Shown: positions 10,259 through 19,916 of the stretch, one piece after another | Layout of the letters: the number at the start of each line of letters is the position of its first letter | Numbering within the stretch: position 1 is the stretch's first letter | The notes under the pieces: model-generated | Database searches by the model: none | The model's input: only the letters and a program-made list of their open reading frames with translations | Told to the model about the DNA's origin: nothing | IMG/VR virus record: IMGVR_UViG_3300028048_001599 | DNA length: 64,000 bases | Strand: one strand, 5' to 3' | Source of the DNA: a virus | Taxonomy: Duplodnaviria > Heunggongvirae > Uroviricota > Caudoviricetes | Program-made: the position numbers and the translations under genes

Positions 10259-11653
10259 ATGGATTGGCAAGTAATAAACAAGGATTTATGTTGTATAGAC
10301 AATGTATATAATGACATTGAGGACTTAACCTACTTTCCGGTTGTAAAGAATGGTGAGTTAGAGATGAAGGGTTTGGCACTACAAATCAGTGACCTTGCCG
10401 TTTCTGAGATGCGTAGGTATTACCCAAATGCTACCGTTGCATGGTCATACCTAATGTTTCTACTCAAGACATCAATGTGTTATGTCGAATATACGGGGTA
10501 TAATGGACAACTCCGAAAAATGATTCTTTGTTCTAATATGAACATTCTTAGAGAATGTAAGGACTTCAATGTGGCGAACCTTAATTATCACGTAACCGAT
10601 GCAACTAACCTAAATAAATATAATGGTACTCACTTGAACGGTGGTATGAATACTGAATTAAAAGCTGTAAAGATAAATAAGAAACTCATTACTGAGTTGA
10701 AAACACCAATACTGCTCAAGGGTACGACAATACGTGTAGCACCCCTATGCTTGATGCTAAGAAACGCAGCGATTGTACTTAGTAGAGATGGTATAACTCG
10801 ATATAATTATTATAAAGATAATGGTTCTCTCCGTTCTCTCGTATCAACGAAAGACAGGGGTATTTTAATAAAGCACTATACATCTGAAAAGGCATCTGAA
10901 ATGCTCGATGGTGCATCACTTACTCTTGATACACTATTTAATCGTGGATATATCCGAATTGTGGAACTTGGGGCTTCAAAATATGATTCTGGTGTTCGTG
11001 CTATCAACGTTGCTAAAATTAAATCTGCGGAGGAAATTTCTGATGATGAGGTTGACTACAGGTTTGTTGATGTAGAGTTCGATACAATAGTAGATACATT
11101 TAAGTATCATCTCGAACGTCAGTCGGATATTGAGTTACTTAATAAAATCAATAGTGATTTTAATGAAAATGCTGAACATTCAGAGAGTAAACCTTATATT
11201 CTTAATGAAATATTCAAAAAGGTTGACAGTAATGTGACTTATGGGTCTACACAGTACCTCAGACAGCTTTACTTGTATATGGCAGACAGACCTGAGATAT
11301 TCGGTGCATCCGTAGCACCGACTTTTGATATTAATATGGGGGTATCGGACATCAACATATCTGATGGTGGTACATTCACCTTTGAGGACATGGCAGATTT
11401 AGGTGTTTTGGAGAACACTGAGATTGTCGGTGGCACTGTGGGCACTGAGGTTGTTAGTGACACCATGGACACTGAGTTTGTTAGTGACGCCGTGGACACT
11501 GAGGTTGTTGGGGACTCATTCAATCTTGACATATCAGACCTTGGTGTAAATATGGGTGTATCCGAATCAGGTTCAGGTGAAAAATGGGTTAGCAAAGCCA
11601 CAGCAGTAGATACTGAAGAACTTCCGGCAAAGAAGAAATTCGTATTTGAATGA
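10259..11653 (+). CDS. Hypothetical protein with possible WYL_2/SH3-like repeats and an acidic repeat tail
   Basis: 464 aa with its own promoter and RBS. Two YxxxNGxLR motifs. Confidence 0.7.
   Translation: MDWQVINKDLCCIDNVYNDIEDLTYFPVVKNGELEMKGLALQISDLAVSEMRRYYPNATVAWSYLMFLLKTSMCYVEYTGYNGQLRKMILCSNMNILRECKDFNVANLNYHVTDATNLNKYNGTHLNGGMNTELKAVKINKKLITELKTPILLKGTTIRVAPLCLMLRNAAIVLSRDGITRYNYYKDNGSLRSLVSTKDRGILIKHYTSEKASEMLDGASLTLDTLFNRGYIRIVELGASKYDSGVRAINVAKIKSAEEISDDEVDYRFVDVEFDTIVDTFKYHLERQSDIELLNKINSDFNENAEHSESKPYILNEIFKKVDSNVTYGSTQYLRQLYLYMADRPEIFGASVAPTFDINMGVSDINISDGGTFTFEDMADLGVLENTEIVGGTVGTEVVSDTMDTEFVSDAVDTEVVGDSFNLDISDLGVNMGVSESGSGEKWVSKATAVDTEELPAKKKFVFE
11414..11516 (+). repeat. 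Imperfect 27-bp coding tandem repeat, about 4 copies (xTEVVSDxx)
   Basis: NTEIVGGTV/GTEVVSDTM/DTEFVSDAV/DTEVVGD; CACTGAG recurs every 27 bp. Confidence 0.8.
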
Positions 11654-11673
11654 TTATAATGACTCTGATTTGA

Positions 11674-12531
11674 ATGGTAGGTGTACTTATGGATATTGAT
11701 AAAATCATTAGAGACGCTGAGCGACATGAAAAAGAAAAACCGCATTACACTCTTTTCACTACCACAATTCCTACTTCAAAAATCCTTTTAGGTGATTTTT
11801 TGAAAATTTCTGGCACTTATAAGGAAAAATCTGAAGTAGTTTTAGGTTATCATTTCGATTTTGCAAAAGGCATTGTAAAATCAAGTTTTTCAAGTAGTAC
11901 AAGTATGATAGTCATAGGTAAATCAAGAAATAGTGTGAACAACGTTCTATATAACATACTGACACAAATAGTTGGTGAATCGACTCCAATAGATACAAAA
12001 CTTACAGTGCTTGCCAAGGATTATGACAATGTGTTATTGACATCTGAATATGTTGAACGTTGTCATGATGGTAAATATGTATCAGAGGTACTTGACAGTA
12101 TTGAAAACATCATAGAATCTCGTATTAAGTTCCTGAATAAAGAGGGGTACCTAAATGCTGAAAGTTATATAAAGGCTGGTAATCAACTTTGTAAATCTTA
12201 CATTATACTTGATAGCCTTAATGACCTATTAAGAAATATGGATTATAATGTAGTTATTGGCATAAGGGAAAAATTAATATCGTTTTTAAAGAGGGGTAGA
12301 CGAGCAGGTGTTTATTTTATAACAACTTACATCGATTCTGACCTACGTTTTGTTGCAGAGGATACACTTGTTCAGAGGTTCAGTGTGAAATTAGTTACAG
12401 TACCATCATATAATCTGATTATTGATGTTGACATTATTCATGACTTCTGCAAAAAGTCTGTATATTTACCTATAACTAACTCAAACACCGAAAAAGAATT
12501 GCTACTTAAATATCTCAAAGTAAAAATCTGA
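11674..12531 (+). CDS. FtsK/SpoIIIE-like P-loop domain protein with degenerate ATPase motifs
   Basis: FtsK-like pattern MIVIG[KSRNSVN]...ESRIKFL...YIILDS...KRGRRAGVYFI. Walker A Lys and Walker B Glu are absent. Start may be ATG 11689. Confidence 0.55.
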   Translation: MVGVLMDIDKIIRDAERHEKEKPHYTLFTTTIPTSKILLGDFLKISGTYKEKSEVVLGYHFDFAKGIVKSSFSSSTSMIVIGKSRNSVNNVLYNILTQIVGESTPIDTKLTVLAKDYDNVLLTSEYVERCHDGKYVSEVLDSIENIIESRIKFLNKEGYLNAESYIKAGNQLCKSYIILDSLNDLLRNMDYNVVIGIREKLISFLKRGRRAGVYFITTYIDSDLRFVAEDTLVQRFSVKLVTVPSYNLIIDVDIIHDFCKKSVYLPITNSNTEKELLLKYLKVKI

Positions 12532-12542
12532 CACGTTGTTAT

Positions 12543-12569
12543 GACTCACGGTACATTATACCGTGAGTC
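12543..12569 (+). terminator. Rho-independent terminator
   Basis: GACTCACGGTA-CATTA-TACCGTGAGTC then TTAATTT. Confidence 0.75.
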
Positions 12570-12692
12570 TTAATTTATATGACAAATTCAGAATATTTTG
12601 TAAATATTGTATAACTTCACTATGAAATTTTTGGTCAAAAAGGAAAATCTCGGAAATTTTCAGAATTTTTTAAAAAATTTTTATACTTGGTA

Positions 12693-12721
12693 TTGACAAA
12701 GTTTGCATTTTATGATATAAT
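12693..12721 (+). promoter_or_regulatory. Consensus sigma-A promoter with upstream A/T tracts
   Basis: TTGACA(12693)-N17-TATAAT(12716), TGn, long A/T tracts upstream. Confidence 0.85.
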
Positions 12722-12779
12722 TGTTATAGTCCAGATTAAGGACGTAAAAAACAAGAATTTAAAAAGTGAGGAACGAAAA

Positions 12780-13232
12780 ATGAATAAGAAAAGACTTGTA
12801 GACATCATCACAACAAGTATTTTGTCGGCTATTGTAGCAATTAGAGGTGGGCTATACGGTACCTCAATATGGCACACAGGTGTGGAAACATGGGGTAAAT
12901 TGTTTATCTCTTTAATAACCTTTGGTGGTGCTTTAGCTTTTGTATACGCTATTCTTCACATCGGTGTATTTGAAAGCTTCGGTACTAAAGTATCAACAAG
13001 ACAGGATTTTATAGGGGTAATGAGGTATTTATCTCTTGGTTTCACAGTAATATTGATGGTACTTGCTCCGATTTATTTCTACAACAGTTTTGTTGAACCG
13101 ATAAAAATGCTTAGTTTCACAACTATTCCTTGTATAGTTGCTTCTCTTGCCGTATACTTTGTATACAGAGTTGTGGAGAATTATGAATATAAGGAACTGG
13201 AGGAAGGAGTTGAATTACATGAAGAAGCATAA
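12780..13232 (+). CDS. Four-TM membrane protein
   Basis: ATG 12780 after GAGG (the ORF-track start 12687 overlaps the promoter). Four hydrophobic segments. Confidence 0.75.
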   Translation: MNKKRLVDIITTSILSAIVAIRGGLYGTSIWHTGVETWGKLFISLITFGGALAFVYAILHIGVFESFGTKVSTRQDFIGVMRYLSLGFTVILMVLAPIYFYNSFVEPIKMLSFTTIPCIVASLAVYFVYRVVENYEYKELEEGVELHEEA

Positions 13233-13797
13233 GAAACTATCTGTGTTAATTTTAACATTGTTTTTATTAGGTTGTGGTGCAGGTTGTCAACAAGCACCAC
13301 AACCTCTTTCCAATGTACCGGATTACGCAGATAACTGGAAGGGTTCATCTTTATCGTTTGATAAATACTCTGTCGATATGCCAGCATACGATGAAGAGAA
13401 TTATGATTACCTTACTAAGTATACATGTACTTATAAGGGTAACGAGTGTAATGTGTATCAGTTCACCTTGACGCCCTATGCATACTCAGGGGGTATAGTA
13501 GACAGTGATATGAGTGTAGCCTCTGCTTATGATGCCATAGAAAAATCCGAATGGCTAATAAATGCATGGTGGGGTAAGGCAGACACTAAAACAGTAAATT
13601 TTAAACTTTCAAACACTGATGATAAACTCGTTGATACAGTTTACACTGCAAAAGTTTCAGCACAGGTAAATGATGCTGAATACACCGGGTTTTGGGTTGA
13701 AAAGTCAAAGCAAGAATCGCACTTGTGGATTACAGAGAAAGATAGTGGTGGAGAATTAATTCAGCAGATTTATGATAGTTTATATGTGGAGAAATAG
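13219..13797 (+). CDS. Lipoprotein
   Basis: ATG 13219 after AGGAG. MKKHKK, hydrophobic core, LLGC/GAGC lipobox. Confidence 0.75.
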   Translation: MKKHKKLSVLILTLFLLGCGAGCQQAPQPLSNVPDYADNWKGSSLSFDKYSVDMPAYDEENYDYLTKYTCTYKGNECNVYQFTLTPYAYSGGIVDSDMSVASAYDAIEKSEWLINAWWGKADTKTVNFKLSNTDDKLVDTVYTAKVSAQVNDAEYTGFWVEKSKQESHLWITEKDSGGELIQQIYDSLYVEK

Positions 13798-13806
13798 TTA
13801 TTGTAG

Positions 13807-13913
13807 TCGTAGAATTGCCCAGAATCGTTTCTAAGGCGATTTTAGGGTCAGAGGGGAGTAGTTTCATAGGTTAGTAAAAAGTGGCTCAGAAAGGCTCTCA
13901 GGCAATTTTACGA
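13807..13913. other. Multi-stem structured intergenic element (RNA or ssDNA)
   Basis: Outer stem TCGTAGAATTGCC/GGCAATTTTACGA encloses inner stem AGAATCGTTT/AGGCGATTTT. Mismatches are G-T(U) wobbles. Confidence 0.55.
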
Positions 13914-13949
13914 ATATTGAAAAAATTTCACAAAAAGGAGTATTATATT

Positions 13950-14483
13950 ATGATTAAAGAATTTTATGATAGGATAGCGGTTAATGGGAGTGTACCTGTA
14001 GAAACTCTCGTAGAAATGACACAAAATGGGGTACTTCAAATAAGAAAAGCTGAAGACGCAGTATTTACTATTGCGGAGGTTGCAAAGATATTTGATAAGG
14101 ATTCTCGTACTGTTGCTCGTTGGGTTGAAGAAGGAAAAATAAAAGCAATAAATGGGGTAACAAGTAAAGTAATACCTGCAAAAGAACTTGAGCGTTTTTA
14201 TGAAACAATGGCAGTTTCAAAGAGTAAGACTTGTATTTATGTTCAGGCTGATACTGTTTCTGAAGTCAATGAAAATGTGAATAGAATAGTTGAAAAAATA
14301 GGGGTAAATAAATACCGCTGTAATATATTTGCTGACATTGACGGTAATGATGGTTTTGAAGCACTTTTAAAGTTCCTTATAAAGTATAAAGGTATCGTAT
14401 ACACTAATGTTTCTCTTGTAGACAAGGGTGAATATATAGGTTTAATTTTATCTGTAACAAATACCACAGTTCAGTTGATATAA
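13950..14483 (+). CDS. MerR/excisionase-type HTH fused to a degenerate serine-recombinase domain (IS607 TnpA-like, catalytic Ser lost)
   Basis: ATG 13950 after AGGAG. HTH FTIAEVAKIFDKDSRTVARWVEEGKIKA, then CIYVQAD (vs YARVS), IFADIDGN (vs IxxDIGSG), DGFEALL, and ends TTVQLI. Confidence 0.6.
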   Translation: MIKEFYDRIAVNGSVPVETLVEMTQNGVLQIRKAEDAVFTIAEVAKIFDKDSRTVARWVEEGKIKAINGVTSKVIPAKELERFYETMAVSKSKTCIYVQADTVSEVNENVNRIVEKIGVNKYRCNIFADIDGNDGFEALLKFLIKYKGIVYTNVSLVDKGEYIGLILSVTNTTVQLI

Positions 14484-14586
14484 TGTCTAATAAGTAAAGA
14501 ACAAAAATGGGGTATTTTGACTTAAATATTTTGTTTTAACATGTTATTTTGTTTTATACTTGAAGTAATAATTAATAAATAAATTT

Positions 14587-16545
14587 TTGGAGTTGATTCA
14601 AATGCTAACAAAGCAAAAATTAAAGCAGTTAACATTGTGTTCTATGACTTCTGAGATTATCAATGATTACAAGCGTGCCGCTATGGAGTTGATTGTAAAT
14701 TGTACTGGCGACCTATCCTTATTTGATTTTTATGGTATGGAAGGTTCTCAAGGTACTATTGCTCAGATGTTAGCAAATTATGGGGCGCAGAGCTTATCTG
14801 CTATGGTAAATCAGAGTGGGTCAGATTTTGTAGTTCAAGGTAGTTCTCAGGCACTTACGGCTCTCGGTGCATTAAACAGTATTGCTGTAGTGTACTATCC
14901 CGATGAAAAGGACATGACAAAGATTAATACTGCTTTATGTACTGCAAACTGTAATTTATTCTCGACACTTACAGGTATGGGTGCAATTCAAGGGGTAACA
15001 AAAGGTGCTGAAGATAGAAAGCTTAATACAACAATAAGTAGGCTTTCAATACCTACGATGAAATCGGTATCAGGAACAAAGGCAAATGTTTTTAAAGATA
15101 TTTTATACGGAAACAAGAATAAACAGTTGGTTTATTCTGGACCTCTGCTCAAGTTTGGTGATGTCGATTCTAACGTTATTGAGTTTTCATACACAAACTG
15201 TAATGGTATTCCGATTGAATCTGCATTGTTTGTACCGTTGGTATTCTACTTTATTCTTGAAGATATTTTCTTTGATGTGTTTACTACCGATGGGCATAAA
15301 GGTATGACTTCAGCTGCCATTGCTACTTCTGTTGAGAAGTCGAAGAAGTTATTGAAGTTGCTTGCAGATGATAAACGAACAACTAATGGGGTATGGAAAT
15401 CACTTCCAGTTGCTCGTGACCGCTCAATAACTCTTTCAGAAAATGTTCTGCGTAAAGTTTATGGTAAGGAAACCGATGAACTTGTTCAGAAGATTAATAG
15501 AATCAAGCCACAACTTGGTTTTACTTTATCTCTGTTGAAGTTCTCATTCTATGATTTGCGTGGTGCTTATGACTCTTATGAGCCACAACGGATTGATCCA
15601 TTAACATTTAGATGTTTATCCGACTATTCAAAGAAACAGTTTACTGAGGATGTTGGCGTAATACGTTCAACATCGAAATATCCGAAGTTTGTTCTTGTAA
15701 GTATATACCGTGAAAGCGTAGATAATTTAATGACAAAGAAGATTGATGCACCTTCATTCTGGCAGACATTACACATCCCTGAAGATGTACTTGCAAATGC
15801 GAAATTTGGAGATGAGCATAAAAAATATGTTTATGGTGCATTTAAGTTCACTTCTTCCGATTTATATATGTTGATGTCAAAGAACGCTGCAATATTTGGT
15901 GATATTGATGGTCGTGCAAAACAGCGTTTAGCACAATTTAATATGAGCAACTTTAAAAGAGTAAAGATATCACTTTCAGAAGATTGTACTAAGCGTCTTG
16001 TAGAAGTAAAGAAGGCTCTTAACGCAGGCGTATGTTTTGTAGATTATCAAAACAAAAAAGGTGGGGTAAATAGACATACTCTCACCACCAATGAAACAAT
16101 CATTAAAAAGATATACGGTGATGACTATGTAGGAAAATACGGTTCATTGAAGAAACGTATTGAAACTATGCGTTACGGTATTGAAAATGCAAAATCTCTC
16201 GCAGATATCAACTACTATATCAATAAAACAGGCATAATGGATTTAGCAGGTATTGAGGTTAAAGATAAGTACGGTAAAGTAATCGGAACTAATCCGAATT
16301 TCCCAGTGATATCTGAGGATTTTGAAGCATACAAACGTGAGTTGAATAGTTACCTTGATAATCTTTGTGGTCAATCAGGGGTATCTCGTTCAAAACCTGA
16401 TGATATTCCACCTGAAAAACAAACAGTATTCGGGGTATCTCTTGCTGCAACACCTAAAAACAAATCCGCCGACATCGAGGGTAGTAAGGATTTTTATTCG
16501 TTCCTTGAAATCGGAGGCATAGTTGGTTTGTATGTATTACGTTAA
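14587..16545 (+). CDS. Large hypothetical protein with possible C-terminal WYL_2/SH3-like motif
   Basis: 652 aa ORF (likely ATG 14602 after GGAG). Motif GVCFVDYQNKKGGVNRHTLTTN. Terminator follows. Confidence 0.75.
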   Translation: MELIQMLTKQKLKQLTLCSMTSEIINDYKRAAMELIVNCTGDLSLFDFYGMEGSQGTIAQMLANYGAQSLSAMVNQSGSDFVVQGSSQALTALGALNSIAVVYYPDEKDMTKINTALCTANCNLFSTLTGMGAIQGVTKGAEDRKLNTTISRLSIPTMKSVSGTKANVFKDILYGNKNKQLVYSGPLLKFGDVDSNVIEFSYTNCNGIPIESALFVPLVFYFILEDIFFDVFTTDGHKGMTSAAIATSVEKSKKLLKLLADDKRTTNGVWKSLPVARDRSITLSENVLRKVYGKETDELVQKINRIKPQLGFTLSLLKFSFYDLRGAYDSYEPQRIDPLTFRCLSDYSKKQFTEDVGVIRSTSKYPKFVLVSIYRESVDNLMTKKIDAPSFWQTLHIPEDVLANAKFGDEHKKYVYGAFKFTSSDLYMLMSKNAAIFGDIDGRAKQRLAQFNMSNFKRVKISLSEDCTKRLVEVKKALNAGVCFVDYQNKKGGVNRHTLTTNETIIKKIYGDDYVGKYGSLKKRIETMRYGIENAKSLADINYYINKTGIMDLAGIEVKDKYGKVIGTNPNFPVISEDFEAYKRELNSYLDNLCGQSGVSRSKPDDIPPEKQTVFGVSLAATPKNKSADIEGSKDFYSFLEIGGIVGLYVLR

Positions 16546-16580
16546 GTATAAGGACTTTCATTTGTGTCTTTCTCCTTTCT

Positions 16581-16607
16581 GGGCTTACCTTGTGATTTGG
16601 TAAGCCC
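16581..16607 (+). terminator. Rho-independent terminator
   Basis: GGGCTTACC-N9-GGTAAGCCC then ATTTGTTTTTT. Confidence 0.75.
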
Positions 16608-16690
16608 ATTTGTTTTTTATTTTATAGAAATATTAAAAAAATATATAACTTATTGTTATAATATAGTAATAATGAAAGGTGGTAAAACCA

Positions 16691-18448
16691 ATGAAAAAAT
16701 TTATAAGTTCAGCACTCGCAATATCAATGTTACTTGGGGTAGTTTCATTGACAGGTTGTCAAAAAGAACCTGACCCATTGGAGCCTGTTAAGTATAAGAC
16801 TGTTCCAATGAAATACAGTAATGAAATTGCTCAAAAATCAAGCGTGGATACTGTTGTACGTTATTTCTATCTTATAAACAACGGTAAATTTGAGGAAGCA
16901 AATAAAATGATTGATAGGACAGATTTGTCTATATGCACTCCTGAAATTCTTGAATCACTTTATTCAAGAGTTGAAAATTATCAGCTTGGTGATTATAACC
17001 GAATTGTAGATGTAACCGTTGATGAAAATGTTGCTCATGTTACATTTATAAATCAAACTGATGACGACCATTCATTTGATGTATCATATGAGGAAGAAGA
17101 AATACCCGTATGGCTTGGTTCAACTACACCGTATGTTTCGGATGTGGGGTATGCATCGACTTACGAGATATCTGATTTGAATGAAGATGGGATAATTGAT
17201 GAAACCGATATGATGTGGGAAGATAACCCAGAGTTAAATCCTGATTATGAACCGCCTGAGTCTGTTGAATCATCATTATCAAGTGGACAAACAACATCTT
17301 CTGGGGCAAGAGTACCTTATTACTCTACAGGTATTGTTGAAGCACAACCCATGGCTATTGATATAGAAGATATTAAGAAAACGAGTAACTCTGAAACTTC
17401 GGGTGACAAAAAATCAAGTGAGAGTTCTACGGGTGATAAAAAGGGTGAAAAATCTGAAGTTTCCAAAAACTCAGAGGGGTCTAATGTATCAAAAGATAGA
17501 AAGACAAGTAAGACATCTAATGATAAAAATTCAAGTCAAGCATCGAATGATGAGGACTCAAAAAATTCATCTGTTTCAACTGCGGATAGTGAAGTAACTT
17601 CAAATGTAGAGCCATCAGAGGACGAAAATGGGCTTATTGATGGTATGCCCGCAGACATTTTTAAAGAAGAAACATTAACGGGGTATAAGACTTATACTAT
17701 GGATATTAACATTAATGTTGTTGATAACAATTATAAAGTAAAATTACCAGAATCAATGACAACTGACACTCGTTTAATGATAAAAGTTCCCGAAGATATG
17801 TACATCAAAGTAGGTGATCTTGAGTTAGATAAAACAATGATGAACCTTGAGGACTTTTATGTAATCAATAAGTTACCAAAGGTTGAAAAATTTGATTTAA
17901 CACTTGAAAACCTTATTTTGGGTTCTTCTAAGAAAACAATAGACTTGACAGAGCGTGTATATTACATATATTCAAACCTTGTTCCTACAAGAGAAATGAA
18001 AGACGCAGTATTGGGGTATATAAAACCTGCGATGCAATCTTTATATAATAATATGCTAAAAGGTACTGACTTTTCAAGTTCTTCATTTGCAAAAGATTAC
18101 GTATCAAACAATGGTAATATAAAGGGCATTAAGTTATATTACGATATGTATATAAATAGTAATATTAACTCAACAGTAAATAAGTCATACGAGGTAATAA
18201 GTGCAAAATTTCCACCTACTGATGATGAAGAAAAAGACAATTATGAAGTAAAGGCTGACCAATTTAGAGTAACTTCATACTATTATGTCGATGTTCCTGT
18301 TATTCTTCAAGTTCGTTCTAATACAGAGGATGCTGGTGATAAAGAAATAACAATGACAGAGATTTGTGGTATGGTTAGGCTTACAAAGCAGGATGGTAAA
18401 TGGTACATATGGGATATTTCTAAAGAACTAATGTTGTCAGATTATTAA
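16691..18448 (+). CDS. Large lipoprotein with Ser/Lys/Glu-rich linker
   Basis: MKKFISSALAISMLLGVVSLTGC lipobox; ATG 16691 after AAGGTGG. Confidence 0.8.
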   Translation: MKKFISSALAISMLLGVVSLTGCQKEPDPLEPVKYKTVPMKYSNEIAQKSSVDTVVRYFYLINNGKFEEANKMIDRTDLSICTPEILESLYSRVENYQLGDYNRIVDVTVDENVAHVTFINQTDDDHSFDVSYEEEEIPVWLGSTTPYVSDVGYASTYEISDLNEDGIIDETDMMWEDNPELNPDYEPPESVESSLSSGQTTSSGARVPYYSTGIVEAQPMAIDIEDIKKTSNSETSGDKKSSESSTGDKKGEKSEVSKNSEGSNVSKDRKTSKTSNDKNSSQASNDEDSKNSSVSTADSEVTSNVEPSEDENGLIDGMPADIFKEETLTGYKTYTMDININVVDNNYKVKLPESMTTDTRLMIKVPEDMYIKVGDLELDKTMMNLEDFYVINKLPKVEKFDLTLENLILGSSKKTIDLTERVYYIYSNLVPTREMKDAVLGYIKPAMQSLYNNMLKGTDFSSSSFAKDYVSNNGNIKGIKLYYDMYINSNINSTVNKSYEVISAKFPPTDDEEKDNYEVKADQFRVTSYYYVDVPVILQVRSNTEDAGDKEITMTEICGMVRLTKQDGKWYIWDISKELMLSDY

Positions 18449-18469
18449 TAAATAAGGAGGCAGGTATCG

Positions 18470-19855
18470 GTGGAGAAAGACTATGTTAATTTCTTGGAGA
18501 GTTGTTTAAACAAGTATGATACCGACTCTTGGAATGGTGATGGACTTACAATATTAGATACTTTAGGTTCTTTATCAGAACCAGTTCGTAAAGGTAATAT
18601 TCAAGTTTTTCGTAATCAATCAATTGATATATTTGGTAATGACCGTTTAGTAGCAACACCCGACTCATTGGGGGTATCTGAAGAAGAATATGAATCACTA
18701 AAACAAAGTATGTCATTTTTAATGGGATATGACCCCTGTTGTGGAGATGATACAAAATTAGAAATTGCTGACACTTCACAGTTTGATTCTTACTCAGAAA
18801 GAGACCTTGAGGAAGAACCATATACAATTGAAGAAATGATGGAAGATGAATCTGAGTTTCCAAATACATATGAGGAATATGACGAGGACGATGAAGATGA
18901 TGAAGATAGAGAAGAGTCCGATTATAACTTTTCTAATGATGAGGACGATGAAGATGATATTGTCGATGATGAAGACTTTTTAGATGTTGAAAGTACAGAT
19001 GATGATTTTCCAGACAACTATGAGGAACTCGATGACGATGACTTTGATGATTCTGATGATGACATCTCTGAGGATGAGGACTTTTTAGATGTTGAAGACA
19101 CTGACGATGATTTTTCAGATAACTATGAGGAAATTGATGACGACAGTGAGGAATCTGAGGATAGTGAAGAATACGATGATACTGATGAATTTCCTGACAA
19201 CTATGAGGAAATAGACGAAGACGAGGAAGATGAAGATGACTTCGACTTCCCAGATGAGGACTACGAGGAATCCGATGATGAGGACTCGGAGGAAGATGAA
19301 GATGACTTCGACTTCCCAGATGAGGACTACGAGGAATCCGATGATGAGGAGGAAGAATTTGACGACTTTGATTTTCCAGATGAATACGAGGAGTTAGACG
19401 AAGAAGATGAGGAAGAGGACGATGACTTTAAGTCACCAGATGAGGACTATGAGGAATTGGATGATTTTGAGGATGAAGAGGATGAGGACTTTGATTTTCC
19501 TGACGAGGACTACGAGGAGTCTGATGATGACGAGGAGTCTGAGGAGGATGACGAGTTCAGGTCACCTGATGAAGACTTGGATGATTTTGAGGACGAAGAT
19601 GACGAGGACGATATTCCTCGAAATCAACATTCCAGTGACTTAGGCGAATTTGATGGACGTCCACAAAATAATATTAATACAAACGGTTTAAATAGGAATA
19701 CGGGTGGTATAAATTTATCACCATCTCCTATAATTAATAAAGAAAGTAGTTCAGATAAATTAGCAAATAGTCTTGTAAAGGTTCTGAAAGTACCTGGGGC
19801 AACCAAAAGTTTCTTTGGTAGGTTTATTATTTCGGACGATGATACAGAAGATTGA
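18470..19855 (+). CDS. Extremely acidic Asp/Glu repeat protein
   Basis: GTG start after AAGGAGG. About 270 residues almost entirely D/E with a recurring (F)DFPD(E/N)xYEE unit. Confidence 0.8.
   Translation: MEKDYVNFLESCLNKYDTDSWNGDGLTILDTLGSLSEPVRKGNIQVFRNQSIDIFGNDRLVATPDSLGVSEEEYESLKQSMSFLMGYDPCCGDDTKLEIADTSQFDSYSERDLEEEPYTIEEMMEDESEFPNTYEEYDEDDEDDEDREESDYNFSNDEDDEDDIVDDEDFLDVESTDDDFPDNYEELDDDDFDDSDDDISEDEDFLDVEDTDDDFSDNYEEIDDDSEESEDSEEYDDTDEFPDNYEEIDEDEEDEDDFDFPDEDYEESDDEDSEEDEDDFDFPDEDYEESDDEEEEFDDFDFPDEYEELDEEDEEEDDDFKSPDEDYEELDDFEDEEDEDFDFPDEDYEESDDDEESEEDDEFRSPDEDLDDFEDEDDEDDIPRNQHSSDLGEFDGRPQNNINTNGLNRNTGGINLSPSPIINKESSSDKLANSLVKVLKVPGATKSFFGRFIISDDDTED
19223..19350 (+). repeat. Exact 62-bp direct repeat (66-bp period) within the acidic repeat array
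   Basis: GAGGAAGATGAAGATGACTTCGACTTCCCAGATGAGGACTACGAGGAATCCGATGATGAGGA at 19223 and 19289. Confidence 0.9.
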
Positions 19856-19916
19856 TAACTACATTCTTGGTACATAAACCAACAAAAAATAAATAAAAAG
19901 TAAAGGTGGATAACAA

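Noticed and set aside
18900-19620. Repeat array as a possible CRISPR
   Set aside because: The repeats are in-frame coding units with no unique spacers and no cas genes.
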